Positions 40,561-54,126 are shown, counted from the first letter of the whole stretch. The stretch is 63,943 bases of DNA, filler included, from Reticulomyxa filosa (GCA_000512085.1; 22 parts of 22 records of this genome joined end to end with filler, not necessarily neighbours in it), one strand, 5' to 3'. Numbers and translations: made by a program. Notes: generated by a model not told the origin, from the sequence alone.

Positions 40561-41712
40561 CATTTATTTTGACTTCACTAAAATCACTTTTATGTTTATT
40601 TCTTTGAAAATCGTACATCTCCAGCAGCAATGTGATCTTCTTCTCCATAATTTTTCAAAGATATATATTCCATACATGTGTATTTATATAAAAGAGTTTT
40701 TTCAATTGCAATTGAAAAAAACTATATTATGATTTAAATAGATACAACTAGATAGTTAATGACTATCTAACAATCATTTGAGAAAGAGTCATATCAAGGT
40801 ACTTATTCACATTATATATTTTTCTTTGTTTTTTCATCTTTATTATCTATTTTGCTTTGGTTTGTGTAACTTCTGACAATAATATAAATTACATAAAAAA
40901 AAATCAATTTGATATAAAGCTTATATTGCATATACTTTTCTCCATTGAAAATACAAAATAAAAACGAAAATTTAATTTTATAGGTTCATGATATTATATA
41001 TGCTATTGATTAAATGATTGTACTTGCATCCTTTGTGATGATTAGACAGCAAAACAAAAAGTTATATTACTTTTTGTGATAATATTAAAATTATGGTTAC
41101 TTTTAGTAAAACTTGTAAGCACAAGACTGTGGTTAGTGGCAGTAACATAAGTATAATACGAAAAGTAATTTACTGATAAGAATCCAAATAAAAACGAAAA
41201 TGAATCAAATAATCACTTAAACAAAAACAAAAAAGTACCAAAACAAGAAAGTTTGAAAAAAAAGATTTTGAAGTTCAAGTTGAACTTGTCACTTTAAAAA
41301 ATCTGTTTTAATTACTCATTAATGTTTTTCAATTTTTTAACAAAATATCCTTTATTTTTGTTTGTTGGCGAAAAAGTGAAAGAGAAACTCCTTGTCCTGC
41401 AAAACTTGTGAAGTTGATGCTTTTGATATAGTATTGAAAACATAAAGTTAAATCAAGTTTTGATACTTATTTTACAATTTACCTTGATTGTGTCATTTCA
41501 CATTGTCTTTTTCGTTGAAGATTATTTTTTGTAATTACGAAATGTTTAAGTGTTGCATTAATTTATCTATAAAACTAGAATAAATGTTTTAAAATAAACT
41601 AATATGCAGGGTTCTGAACGTTTAAAAAAGTAAGCTGACTTTTCGTTCTTCATTTTGTTTATAAAAACTTTTCCCTCTTATTTACAATCACACACAAATA
41701 TTAATTGCAACT

Positions 41713-42080
41713 ATGGCCGGAAACTTTGGAATGATGAATGGTGAGAAAAAAACGTTTTCCGAGTTTTTTCTTTTTTTTTTTTGGTGTTTTTTTTCCCAGC
41801 GATGAAATAAAAGCTGCAGTGGCAATACAAACACGACTAAACAGAGGCGTACTTTGTCGGAAAGAATGTACTATTGGACTGGATCAATGTATTTTTGGAT
41901 GTAAGAATTGAAAAGGTAGAGCAGATGTGCACCGGAGCACTCTATTGTAACCTATTTGATGCATTGCATCCGGGGAATGTCCCAATGAAAAAAGTGGATT
42001 TTACGTGCAAATACGAGTACGAATATGTGAACAACTGGAAGCTATTACAAACCGCATTTGAAAAAATCGGCATTGAAAAA
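41713..42080 (+). CDS. EB1: EB1/MAPRE microtubule end-binding protein, CH domain (3' truncated); intron 41741-41844
   Basis: GMMNEAYFVGKNVLLDWIN..KVEQMCTGA.YC.LFD..HPG.VPMKKV.F..EYEY..NWK.LQ..F.K. Confidence 0.95.
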
Positions 42081-42342
42081 GTTATGCCCCCAGTCCCCTC
42101 TCCTTCTTACTTCTTCTTTATCAAAGTCAACCAATGTCATCCCCTTCAAAAAAAAAAAAATTTCTTTTTTTTTTTTTTTTTTTTGTGTCGGAGTGCTTGA
42201 AACATTTGTTTCAATTGTCCATATCAGCAAAAAAAAAAAAAANNNNNNNNNNNNNNNNNNNNNNNNNNNNNNNNNNNNNNNNNNNNTTAATTAATTAANN
42301 NNNNNNNNNNNNNNNNNNNNNNNNNNNNNNNNNNNNNNNNNN

Positions 42343-42667
42343 TCTTCTTCTTTTTCTTCTTCTTCTTCTTCTTTTTCCGTCCTCTTCCTCTTCTTCTACT
42401 TCTTCTTTTTGCGTCGTTGATTGGTTGAGAACAATTGCTACTGTCATTGGTTGTCTTGGACGGCTCTGCGATCAATTGAAACTGCAAGTAATGCTGTTCC
42501 AACTGGTGCAGCAGGGAGTCCAGTTTCGTGCGCAAGCGAGCGTTTTCCGTCTCCATTTGAGTCACTTGTTCACCTTTGCTTTTGTTTTCCTCGCACAGTT
42601 TGGTTATCTCGCTGCGTGTGGAATGCAGCTGGCATCGCAACTCTTTCGTCTGTTCATACGCACATAT

Positions 42668-42698
<31 letters not shown>

Positions 42699-44180
42699 TG
42701 CAAATACAAGTTCAACAAAAAAAAAAATATATATATACATATATAAATGCATATATTTAACAATGTTCTCCCAAGTTTCGTGCTTTTCCAAATCCTTTTT
42801 ATCGCCATTATTGTTATTGGTGCTGTCATTGTTTTGTGTACTGATAGACGAGTAACGTGTCCGACGCAACTCTCCAATTTGACGCAGCATTTCACAAAGG
42901 ATATCCGTTTCACTTTGCCAATGTCGTTGTAAGGACTGTAATTGTTTGAGCAATTGTCCGCTGTGGCACTTGAGTTCTCGCAATGCAAATTCGTTGGATT
43001 GATAATGCCAAATGCTGACATTGGCATTGTCAAAGGATTCCGCTGGTGTGTTCCGGAACCGTTCCGCCAAAGCCGGAGAAAGGAACGTGTTCGGAACAGG
43101 CGAAGTAGTTTGTCGGGAACAGCAAAGAAGCGCAATCACTTTGGTTTGCAAGGTTTCATTTTCGGTTTGCAAGGCTTGCATCTGTTCGTGGAGAAAACGC
43201 AGTCTCTTGATTAATTCGTGAGTGATATTTTTGTTGGCAATGTCAAGTGGACATGGCATTCGTGGGGAAAACGCATTGCATGTGCCATCATTATTGCTAT
43301 TATCTACGCTGTCCAAATCCAAACTCGCCATGATCGCCTCGACATTTTTATTTTGCAACAGCTCAAGTTTCGACTCCGTTTCATCTTTCACATGTATCGC
43401 AAATTCATAGTCCCGTTGTGTTTGTAGCAGCTTTTGTTGGAATTCTTCCACGGCCTTGCATTTCTCGTCATAACACGATTGCAGGTGCTTCCATTTGCAC
43501 TCTGACTCTTTCACTTGTCGGCGCAGGTCATCCATCATCACTTTCCGTTTCATTGTCTGGTGTTTATACAACAGAGATATCACAAGAAAAAAAAGAGAAA
43601 CTTTTTTTAAATTAACCCGTAATCAAATTAAACAAAACAAAACAAAACAAAAAGAACATACTTGTTTAGTTTGTTGGTCTTTGGACTGTTCCACTGTTGA
43701 ATGTTGCTCAGCTTTGGCGAGAATATCTTTATGGCTTAGATTCGCTCGTTCCATATTCATTGCCGTCAACTCGACAACTTCGTCTACCGCATGGGATCTT
43801 GCATTATGTGCAATCTCCTTTATGTTGGTCCGTTGATGATCGAACAGCTTTTGGATCCATATCAAACAAAAAGATTGCACCCATCGTTCTTACATTTGTT
43901 TTCCACTGTAACAAATGGTAAAAAAAAAAAAAAAACCAAACCAAAGCAAAACTTGTTGTTTTAATTGGCTTTGTTCCAATTTGGAATCTTGAAGGTCTTT
44001 GGATAAGCTGCTGTTCAATTGCGACAGTTGGTCGCACTTGCTTTGATACGTCCGCACCTCCTGGTCTTTGGCCTCCGATGCGTTTTTCAAGTCGTCCAAA
44101 TCTTCGCTCAGCTTTCGTTGAGTGTTCTCTAATATTACTTTCGTATCCGTTGTCGACGACAATGCCAATGCCAAGGTTCT
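42343..44180 (-). CDS. Long coiled-coil protein, internal exons
   Basis: Several heptad-rich exons; 297-aa ORF at 42690-43583. Confidence 0.7.
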
Positions 44181-44364
44181 NNNNNNNNNNNNNNNNNNNN
44201 NNNNNNNNNNNNNNNNNNNNNNNNTTAATTAATTAANNNNNNNNNNNNNNNNNNNNNNNNNNNNNNNNNNNNNNNNNNNNTATATGTATATGTATATGTA
44301 TATATTATTCATATATGTATATGCATATGCACATGTAAACTATTACAAAGGGGCATCCCTTACA

Positions 44365-45022
44365 AAACTTTGATCTTCATCTTCTGGTCTTACCCATTGA
44401 TCTTCGTCATCATTGACCCACTGATGAAACATGTCTGGGAGAAATCTGTCTATACTTTCCATTGCTGATGTTTCCTTTTTACGCCAAGGTACTGGAATCT
44501 GACGTGTTTTTTTTGTTGTTGTTTTTCACTTTTCAATGCCAATACATCACGTTTAAAACTCACAAACTCACTTGATCTTCACAACACTCTTGGATACTGC
44601 ATGACTCTTTTACACACATTCCATTGTTGCTCCATAGTTTACACGGACTAAACAGATTCACTTTGAAAAGGCGAAAAAATGTATGTTGCTATTTTATTTT
44701 ATTTTATTTTTTATTTTTTTTTTTTGCTTTGACTTCGGGAGAAAACAAACAAAAAAAAAAGACACGTCATACTCGCAATTGTGTCAAAATTTTGTTTAGA
44801 AATTCATTATTGTTGTTATCAATAGTCTCCGTATCACAGCAACAATCTTCAATCTATTTTGAATGGTTATGCCCTTCCTCAGTTTCTTTTGTTTAGATTT
44901 AATTTTTTTGAAATTTGTTTCACACCAGGCAAATCCGTACAACACAGTTTTCTTTGCTTCGAAACCTGGCTTGCTTTCAGTATTATGGACAACAATAGCA
45001 AAAGAAAACAAATTCGAAGCAT
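44365..45022 (-). CDS. ERO1: ER oxidoreductin 1, N-terminal exons (not called in the ORF track)
   Basis: Spliced: signal peptide MLRICFLLLLSIILKAS..., IEDCCCDTETIDNNNNEFLNKILTQLR|QHTFFRLFKVNLFSPCKLWSNNGMCVKESCSIQECCEDQ|IPVPW. Confidence 0.9.
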
Positions 45023-45408
45023 TTTTGTTTGATAATTATACTGAGATAGTGTGGATGAATTATCCTCAAAAAAAAAGGAGGTTTTTCAGTACCCACTTTC
45101 AAAATATTTTTGTTTTTTGAGTAGACAAAGTAACTATTTAGTTAAACACGGCATTCATTGATTATTCTTATTTTTTGTGAACTTGGGCACTATCGTTTGA
45201 AGAGTTACTTTAAGCTTACTCTTTCGACTTCATTTGTGTTTCTTAGCGCCTGTTGCGGATGATTTATATAAATATCTGATAATGATCATTGTATAAGTTC
45301 TCAACTTTAATTTAGTGCACCAGGGATACGTTGTTTAAACGCCAAGCCTCTAGTCTTGTAAGTTTAAATTTGTTCTGATAGTGACAATTGCAACGTATAT
45401 GTGGTTAA

Positions 45409-45784
45409 ATGAAGCAGCCATTCATTAGCATCAATTCAACAACAAACGAGATAGAAGAAAAGGGATACAAGACAACGTCCGAAGAAAATCATAAAAATTT
45501 AGGAGAAATTGTAAAGTCAGTAGTGTATGGAGGATTGGACGGTATTATCACGACATTTGCCATAGTGTCCTCGGTGCACGGTGCAAATTTACCCCAGGCG
45601 GTGGTATTAGTTGTCGGGTTTGCAAACGTAATAGCGAATGCGTTTTCGATGGGCATTGGAGACTACCTCAGTGAGTCTGCCGAGTTTGATTACGCACGAT
45701 CGGAACGAAACCGAGAGAAGTGGGAATTTGAGAATTTCAAGGAAGGTGAAATCATGGAAATGGTGGAAATATATGAAAAAAAAG
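45409..45784 (+). CDS. VIT1/CCC1 vacuolar iron/manganese transporter, first exon
   Basis: KSVVYGGLDGIITTFAIV..GFANVIANAFSMGIGDYLS..ERNREKWE. Confidence 0.93.
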
Positions 45785-47130
45785 GTATGATTTCAAAAAA
45801 CAAAAAAAATTCCAAAAAAAATTTTTTTTAATATTCTACCTTTTTTTTTTTTAATGTTCTACCCTTTTTTTTTTTTTTTTTTTTTTTTTCCCTTTTTTTT
45901 TTTTTTTTNNNNNNNNNNNNNNNNNNNNNNNNNNNNNNNNNNNNNNNNNNNNTTAATTAATTAANNNNNNNNNNNNNNNNNNNNNNNNNNNNNNNNNNNN
46001 NNNNNNNNGTGCATTGGATTGAGAACTGTTTTCGATGGCGGTGGAATTCTATACACGATACAACATGTTACTATTTTTAAAAAGATAATATAAAAAAAAC
46101 AAACCATATGTACTCCTTTCGGAGACGGGGGGTGGATCTACCACTTTATTTTTTTGTCATTGTCGTCACGATCGTTGTTGCCTATTTTTTTAATATGCAC
46201 ATAACACAATATAAAAGATTCACAAAACAATTTATAAAGGTTCTCCAAAAAAACATATACATATACGTATGTCAAAAAAATTGTCATATATATCAAATAA
46301 TCTTGTATTCGTTGATTGTGCTTGTCTGACCGTTATTAATTGTCGCTGCAGCTGTCGTCGTAGTCAGCCATATCATTTGCCACATACTGACCATTTTGTG
46401 GGACTACTTTGCCCATTCCAACATTTGCAAACTGGATGAACCATCATCTGATGCACTAGTGTGCATGGGCACAATGCCACATTCACACCTTGCTTGCTAG
46501 CAAACGTGTAGTCAGATGCTTGATTGCACCCACTTGCAATATTGACTATTGTATTTATATACATACATACATGTGGAATTGAATACGTATTACTATCGAC
46601 AAAGTTTCATATATATGTACATTTTTCTTGTTATTTATTTTTTAATTGAAAGAAAGATATAATGAAATTAACTGAAATGAACATGACTTGGAGCTGATTT
46701 GACTGTTGGAGTGATTATTATTGGAGTGATAATTGGATTGATTGTAAATTTGGATTTGTTTGTGCCCATTGTGTGGCCTTAAATAATGAATTGCAAATTT
46801 GTAACGGCCAACTTCGAGATAAATGACTTGGGCAATCGGACAAACATTGAATGGAGTGATCATAGTCGTAACGCCAGCCCAAGACTCCAAACTTCTCCAA
46901 TACAATTAAAAAAGGGGGTTTTGACTACCCAACCGCACAACTTTGAGAAAAAAGAAATTTGTAATTTTTTTAGAATGTCAATTGGTCAATTGATATTTGC
47001 TTTTTGTGAATATTTGTTATTTTTTTGTTCAGATTTTTCTTAACATTGAGAAGAGATTTACCAGACAAAGCAAAAATACTTTTTGAAAATTTTTTGCCAA
47101 AAAGTAAAAACAAAACATTTGTTTTGAAGT

Positions 47131-48021
47131 TTAGGCGACAAAAAGGTACGAAAAAAATTCTTCCATCTCAAACAAAAATATATAAGTTTTGTTGTCTTTT
47201 CTTTTCATCATTTCGTTTAATTTTTTCATATCTTCATTACTTAATTCGATGATGGTATTTGAGGTGCAAAGACCTGAATATTTTCTTTCATTCGCTCCAC
47301 AAGATGATTTGACCAAAGAGAGGATGAGGTGTTGAATGCACCATTTCAAGCAGATTTGACTTAGGGCAAGATGGTATTTTTGTTCATTTCGCAAATGGAA
47401 GCATTCTTCAATGGACAGGATCCGCTCGTTCTAGTGGTTTGTACGCTTGCACCACCGTTTTTTGCTATGGCATGAAATAAGACATTAGCTCAGATTGATA
47501 GAATAAAGGATTAATATGTAATTGCGATTGCTTTCTTCCAGCAATTCTTTATAATCATTTATCAGATAATTATTCATCTCAATAGAACATATCTTCCCCT
47601 TGCGATACAACTCTTCACATGCACTATAAGTCTTGCTATGATAATTTGAGACAAGCCAATGCACCATGAAGCAGTCTTTATATTCATAAAAAAAAAGAGT
47701 CTTAAGTTTACATGTATGGTACATGTTATGATATGAATCAACATAATGTACATAAATCAATATAATTACCAAAATAGTCTAATCCACATGCTTTTAGAAT
47801 TTGGTTGCAAGACTCAATGGTTGCTTCATACTCTTGCTTGTCATTCCATACTTTCAATCCACAAAAATTTCATCTCTCGAAATTTCATATTGTCCAACAG
47901 CACTGTCTTTGTTAACTTTCACAAGTCATTTCAATTGAAGTCATCTAGCATCGGAATAGTTGTTTTTGCTCGATTATTTAACATTAAGTTCAGAACTTTG
48001 ACAACGTTAACGCTTTCTGCC
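47131..48021 (-). pseudogene. Aldo-keto reductase pseudogene
   Basis: DCFMVHW (DLxLIHWP), EELYRKGKICSI (EELxxxGKxRxIG), SQICLKWCIQ..VKSS and LSNEDMKKL, with many stops. Confidence 0.7.
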
Positions 48022-48246
48022 ATGCTAATAAAACGCAAGATAAAAAAATTCGTTCAAACGTAACACAAAACAAACGTTTGGCAAGTTTAATAGCCATTTT
48101 TTTGGGTCTATTTTGGATTTGGGCGCAATAAGTGAGTAATTTAAAGTTTTTTAAGGAAAAAAATGTATACAAAAAAATCGTACACATTTTTTTCTTTTAT
48201 TCAAAAAAAAAAATTATTCACTCTCCATAAAGAGAAATAAGAAAAA

Positions 48247-49820
48247 ATGAATGTGGATTTGCAATCATCCCCAGTGGGATTTATGGAGAGATTTGTATTT
48301 AGTGAGAATAGAGATGAGGCATTGAAGGAGTTAGTCGAGGGGAGTGAAGAGTACTACGAGTACAAGTTGTTGCACATGAATGCGAAGATTGAGCAAGAGA
48401 TATCGCACGATGATAACAAGAAGAAAGAGGAGATAATAAAGGAGATGAAAGAGCTGCATAAAGAAGTGCGAGAGAGCGAGAAGTTGAAGAACAACGGGAC
48501 ATTGAAGAACTTGATATTACGAAATGAAATGCATTACTTGAATGGAGGGAAGGAAGGAGTAGTAAACACGGAGGAGTTGTGGAAGTATATAAAAGACTAT
48601 ACGGGAGTTCCAAAGTACACGAAAGAGACAAACAGGATATTGATACAAGCAGGGAGCAGTGACCCCGATCAAGAAGAAGAAGTGAAAAGCAAGGAGAGCG
48701 TAATAGATGGGAATGGATTTGTGAAGGAAAAATTGAAGCGACAACTGGACCTTTACATGGACAAGACACATGACACAACGATCCATGGGTACATGGGCCA
48801 AGAGGGCATGATGGAATATTTGTGTAACGCGGAGAACATGCAATGGATAATGGACGAAGCAAAAAATAAAACACCAGCGGATAAAACGAAGCAGTGCAAA
48901 TACCATCAACTGATCGAAAATTTATTGGGTTTGGATTGCTGGTGTGTTGTGTGTACAACACACATTGAATCGATCTCGTGGAACTGGATTTGAATACCAA
49001 AGATAGCAGCAATAGCAACGTGCTATTTGGAAGTCGACATAGCCATCAGTACTTAACTTTAAATCAACTGAATGATCTGCTGTGTCCTCTTCCTCTCATT
49101 TGATCCAATATACAAATTTTATTACTAGCTATTTTATCAAGTCCCTCCTCCCATAAGAATGCATCCCCTTTTGCAACGATGAGTCCTTTTCTTACGAAAC
49201 CATGCCCCCTCTTGTTTTTGATGCATTTCGTGCTACTATCATCTCGTTCATACAAAAGTACTTGACTTTACCTTTACATTCTTCGATCAAAGCCATTTTG
49301 TTGGCTTTTTTGATTCGATCGCAATTTGAAAAAGATGTTTTGTTGAATATAAACATTATTATATACATATATATATATATTTTTTTTTTTTGTAACTTTG
49401 CAATTTTGTAACTTGTCCCATTTTTTTTTTTTTTTTTGCCACTCCCCTTCCCTTCTCCCCCCCCCCTCCTCTCTTTATTATACTTTTATAGGGGTCGTTT
49501 GATGCGAAACATCTGATCGAGTATTTGCGCATTCCAAAAGAATCCGACTACAATCAAACGATTGTATCGATATATCGTTATTGTCATCAAAAATTCGAAA
49601 AACAAGCTGCAGACCCTGCGGATGTGATCCTTGATAACGGCACCACCACGACTGGTGAGCCACAGACCACCTCAGATGGCACGTCCGAGAAACAAAAAGT
49701 CAAGCCCGTTATGATCGGATTTGGCGATTTCATCACAAATTTTGAATCCTTTGGCCCATTCGGCCGTTTCGGACGAGATACCACTTTCGTTCGAGATGCT
49801 GTCAATTACTTTTTCCATGT
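48247..49820 (+). CDS. Large-protein N-terminus resembling Dictyostelium AbpF and PVC-bacterial homologues (3' truncated, frameshift near 48930-48990)
   Basis: VGFMERFVFSENRDEALKELVEGSEEYYEYKLLH matches a remembered motif GFxExFALxxDRxxALxxLIPGTExYYYYxxLH. Confidence 0.5.
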
Positions 49821-50000
49821 TTGAAAATTTTTAAACTGTTTTCCCAAATTAATTCTTTTTTTTTNNNNNNNNNNNNNNNNNNNNNNNNNNNNNNNNNNNN
49901 NNNNNNNNTTAATTAATTAANNNNNNNNNNNNNNNNNNNNNNNNNNNNNNNNNNNNNNNNNNNNTTTTTTTTTTTTTTTGGGTGGGGGCGAAAAAACAGA

Positions 50001-50614
50001 GTGGAAATAACATTGGATTTGGATTTCAAGACGTATAATAATGAAGAGATGCACCAAATGATCGCGCAAGAGTTGAGTGAGAAAGCATTGAAAGGTGCAC
50101 TGGCTCCACAACATATCGCAGTGATCGACACAAGAGAAGGATCGATTATTATGATTGTTGCGTTCTCGCTTTCGGCATTCCTTTTGGTCAGTTACCCTAT
50201 TTATAAGCTCATTTCGTTTTGTATCAAATCGCGCCAAACGAAGGACGGACAAGTCAGAGAATGGAAGATACATGACGAAGTCGTTGTTCGAGAAAAACTC
50301 CCTGGCAAGATTGTTGCGGTGCATGAACGAGTTGGAGTTCAATACTGCTATTTTTCACAAGCAAAAACATTATGCATTGTTTACAATACTCTGTTTTTTT
50401 TGTTGTTTTTTTTTTTTTAACGAAAAAGCGTCCCACCGAGATTCAAGTCCAATTTTATTTCAAAAAATTTTACTGGATTCGAGATACTGAGAATTTTTAT
50501 GGCACTGATCCCTCTGTTCAATTGAAAGAACCTGGAGTCGAGTTTAGTGGTGATGTCGATGGTATTACCATCAAATTTTTTAAAGCAATGGTTCCAAAAT
50601 TATTCCGCGTTTAA
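50001..50614 (+). CDS. C-terminal exons of a single-pass membrane protein
   Basis: Coding-like ORFs with one TM segment and an intervening intron-like tract. Confidence 0.45.
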
Positions 50615-51172
50615 ATTGTTCATGTTTTTCTTTTTTCTTCTCAGATATCACTATACAATTGTTCAAAGAGTAAACGGGATAGATTCAGTTTTTTTCACAG
50701 CGCAACTTTCAAACTCATATGTAAAACTTGACAATACTTACGACAAAAGATTGGAGTCACAAAACACTCCGCTTCAAGTTGTTAAAAAATGTTACAAAAA
50801 TAGGGGTATGAATTGGACTAGTCACTTGAGACCAGTCCTATTACTATATATTAATAAGCAGATCTTAAAGGATAATTGAATACAACGTGCTCAAAAGATA
50901 AAAGGGCACATTTTTTTAAATGAACTTCTTTTTCAACACAAGAGTTTAAAACAGAGTTATTTTAATTGGCAATTTTTTATACTTGGGGTATTGCTTTGAA
51001 GACTAGCTAGTAAATTTAATGAAAGTGGCTGTTATAAATGCGAAAGGATGTTAAAGTCGGAGAATTACAAACTTTTTATCTCATTTAAATATGATTTAAT
51101 TGCAACTTCGTGGCTGTGCTTGTTCCCAATTTTAAAAAAATGAACAACATCACCCAAAAAAAATTTGTTGTT

Positions 51173-51355
51173 TTATTCCTGTATTACATAGGGATTTGCC
51201 AATTGTAAGTTTGCTTTTGCTTCTTTGATTAATTCCGAATCAGTTTCTTCGTTTCCTTTGAACTCCTCTAACAATGATCTCACTTCTTCATACGATTTCA
51301 CCAAACGTGGTCTAATGTCTGTTAACACCGCTTCTGTTTCTTCGATTGCTTGTCT
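51173..51355 (-). CDS. TBCA: Tubulin-specific chaperone A, last exon (not called in the ORF track)
   Basis: After an AG acceptor: RQAIEETEAVLTDIRPRLVKSYEEVRSLLEEFKGNEETDSELIKEAKANL...*, which fits TBCA helices 2-3. Confidence 0.7.
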   Translation of the reverse strand, partial: RQAIEETEAVLTDIRPRLVKSYEEVRSLLEEFKGNEETDSELIKEAKANLQLANPYVIQE

Positions 51356-52216
51356 CTGTTTTTATTTTNNNNNNNNNNNNNNNNNNNNNNNNNNNNNNNN
51401 NNNNNNNNNNNNTTAATTAATTAANNNNNNNNNNNNNNNNNNNNNNNNNNNNNNNNNNNNNNNNNNNNAGGAGAGGAGAGGAAAAAACTAACTATTTTTC
51501 AACGTTATTCACGATCCAAACAATTTTTTTTATATCCAAAATTGCTATTTTTCCATTTTTTTTTTTTTTTTGGTTCACATTTTTCGGAACGAAGCTCGGT
51601 GGGCATGTGGGGTTTTGTAATATCATCTACGTACAAGCTGTGATGTGTACAAAATATTCTGTTCTCCCATGACAGAAAGAGAAAGAGAGGGGAGGAGGAA
51701 AAAAAAGAAACATACAAAAGGTGATTAGCCTCAATAACTCAAATAACTTCCGCAACGCTTTCATGCTCTTTTTTAACTTGAATTCCTCATCTACTCATAC
51801 ATCAACCATCCCTGCAAAATAACTTTATTTTTAAAAAAATTGTGGATAATGAAATTCGCAATTTGGAAATATAAAAGTTGTTGGAACCGAAAAATCCAGC
51901 AATATTGTAAATATTGTAGGACAAGACCCTACCACAGTGGGCGGAACTTTAAAGCGCCTGAGGAATCCCCAGTGGTTTAAACTTCTTCACTTTTTTCGTT
52001 GCTTTCTTTCCTTTTGTTGTTCTTTTATTAATTTATTTTTGCTTTATTGAAAACTGCTCTCAATTAGAGCACCTGTCGTATTACACTTATCAACTTCTGC
52101 CCACAAGCTCCCCACAACATGTCTCTTACATATGAAAAATATTATGACTGAACAATTTGTTGAGGAAAATGCACTTTTATTGATTAATTTAAAAAAAAAA
52201 GTTAAAACACAGTATT

Positions 52217-53552
52217 TCACCAAACTCGAATATATCCTCTTTGTGAACCATAATAGACACAAATATCATGATCGATATTATCTTTGTTTTCTTGCTTTTT
52301 CACTGGTACAAACTTAAAAGAAAATATTCCACAATCGTAACGATCTCCATTAATTACATATAATTCCTTCTTATTTGATCGAATATCCCAAAAACAAATT
52401 GTATTATCCAATGATCCAGAACAAATTATATTTGAATTATCGATAAATGGTGAGTATTCAACAGCATTTACACTACTTCTATGTCCATTGAATATTTCAA
52501 TTTGTTGATTAGATCGAATATCAAATAAACGAACAGTTGTATCACTTGCCCCAGATAATATTGTATTAAATCCATATTTTATATCATTTACACCATCTTC
52601 ATGTTTATCAAATAAAATGAGTTGTTTAGTTGTTTCGATATCCCATACACGAATAGTATTATCCCATGATCCAGAACAAATGTTATATCCATTACCACCA
52701 ATTGCACCAATACATTTATTTTGTAGTGGTGAAAAAGCCACACACCAAACAGTATCTTTATGTCCATTGAAAACATGTAATGACTTGGATGTTTCAATAT
52801 CCCATAAATCAACAGTATTATTAAATGCCCCAGAACATAAATATTTGCCACCATGGAATGGTGAAAATTCAATCCCACAAGCACCAAAAGTGGGTCCATT
52901 CAATATTTGTAATTGTTTATTGTTTATAAAATCCCAAAAAACAATGATGCTATCATTTGATGAAAAACAAATAACACAATTCTTGTAATTATAATAATGA
53001 TATAATGAAAATTTTACACAGTTTACAATAGACGGATGCTCGATTGTTTGCTTTCGTTGATTAGTCTTTGTATCCCACACAAAAATTTTTTTATCATGTG
53101 ATCCAGAACCAAGATATTGATTGTCATCAAATGTTATATAATCAATACTATATACATATTTAATGTGTCCATGAAGAGTCTTGAGTAATTTAGGTGACGA
53201 ACAAAATGTATTAAACATGAACGTGATAATAATCTATATACATGTTTACACATAAATATTATATATTATATATATATGTATACATATACATATATACATT
53301 TTAAATTTAATTTGAATAAACATAACATATTTGACAATTATTTTGTCAAAATCGTGTATCCACCTTAATTTAATATTTAATAATCGTATCCAATGTTGAA
53401 TAATTAGTTGAATATTTTCTAGTTCGTCTTTTTGTTTTAACTAGTTCATAAGAAAAAACGTAGCACAACAACAAAACAATACAAATATTTAAAAGAAAAC
53501 TTACCACTAGTAGTTGTATGGAAGTCTCTTCTTTCTTAAGAGATGTGATCAT
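52217..53552 (-). CDS. WD40-repeat protein of the expanded family
   Basis: Upstream exon IIQHWIRLLNIKLRWIHDFDKIIVKY; about 7 WD repeats; paralogous to 15315-16667. Confidence 0.88.
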
Positions 53553-53889
53553 CTTTTTAATAACTCTGTTCAAAACTTATTCAGGGTTTAGCCTTTTTTT
53601 AATTAAAAACAAACAGTTCATATTTTGTAACTAATGAAGAAGATTAATTGTTTTTTAAATCAATACATATTACATTTTACTTGCAAATATAAATAAATCA
53701 AAAAAATAATAGTCTTTTTTTTAGAACTTCAAAAATTTTTGAGTACTACCCCACTTAGTGAGAAAATGTCTGATACCTCGCTTTAGGCAAGAAATAATCT
53801 TCTATTGCGTCAAGGACTAAAGGCTAGGACTCTATTGTTCTTATTTTTTAGAAAAACACAGAGACTCTTTATTAAAACACAACTAGCAA

Positions 53890-54126
53890 AGATTTAGTTC
53901 ACGTGATCCAACAACACGACTTTTGTATACTGGATTTGGATATGCATTTTTTTTTGGATCGATGGTTGGTTTAGGTGGAAGTGCTGGATATTTAGTTGAT
54001 AAAACTGAACCAAAGTTTCCTTATCGTGTTGCAAAAATGATGAAACAAGTACCAACATCAGGATTTATGGCTAGTATGGTATTGATGTGTGGATTTTTGT
54101 ATCAATTAACTCATGATAAAAGATAA
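53890..54126 (+). CDS. Small two-TM glycine-rich protein (Tim17/Romo1-like?)
   Basis: GFGYAFFFGSMVGLGGSAG plus a second hydrophobic helix; 5' end unresolved. Confidence 0.3.
   Translation, partial: RFSSRDPTTRLLYTGFGYAFFFGSMVGLGGSAGYLVDKTEPKFPYRVAKMMKQVPTSGFMASMVLMCGFLYQLTHDKR

Noticed and set aside
44365-45784. Divergent ERO1-VIT1 pair as a redox/iron module
   Set aside because: Head-to-head genes are common in compact eukaryotic regions and there is no evidence of co-regulation
45840-45908. Poly(A)/poly(T) runs at contig ends as retroelement tails
   Set aside because: They are intronic homopolymers where the assembly broke
48299-49018. Long antisense ORFs (also 4049-4664, 8668-9030, 61046-61520)
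   Set aside because: Shadows of purine-rich or low-complexity sense-strand exons
53741-53831. tRNA-like or small-RNA fold closed by GAGTACTA/TAGGACTC
   Set aside because: Stems are short and imperfect, with no TTCRA T-loop or D-loop motif
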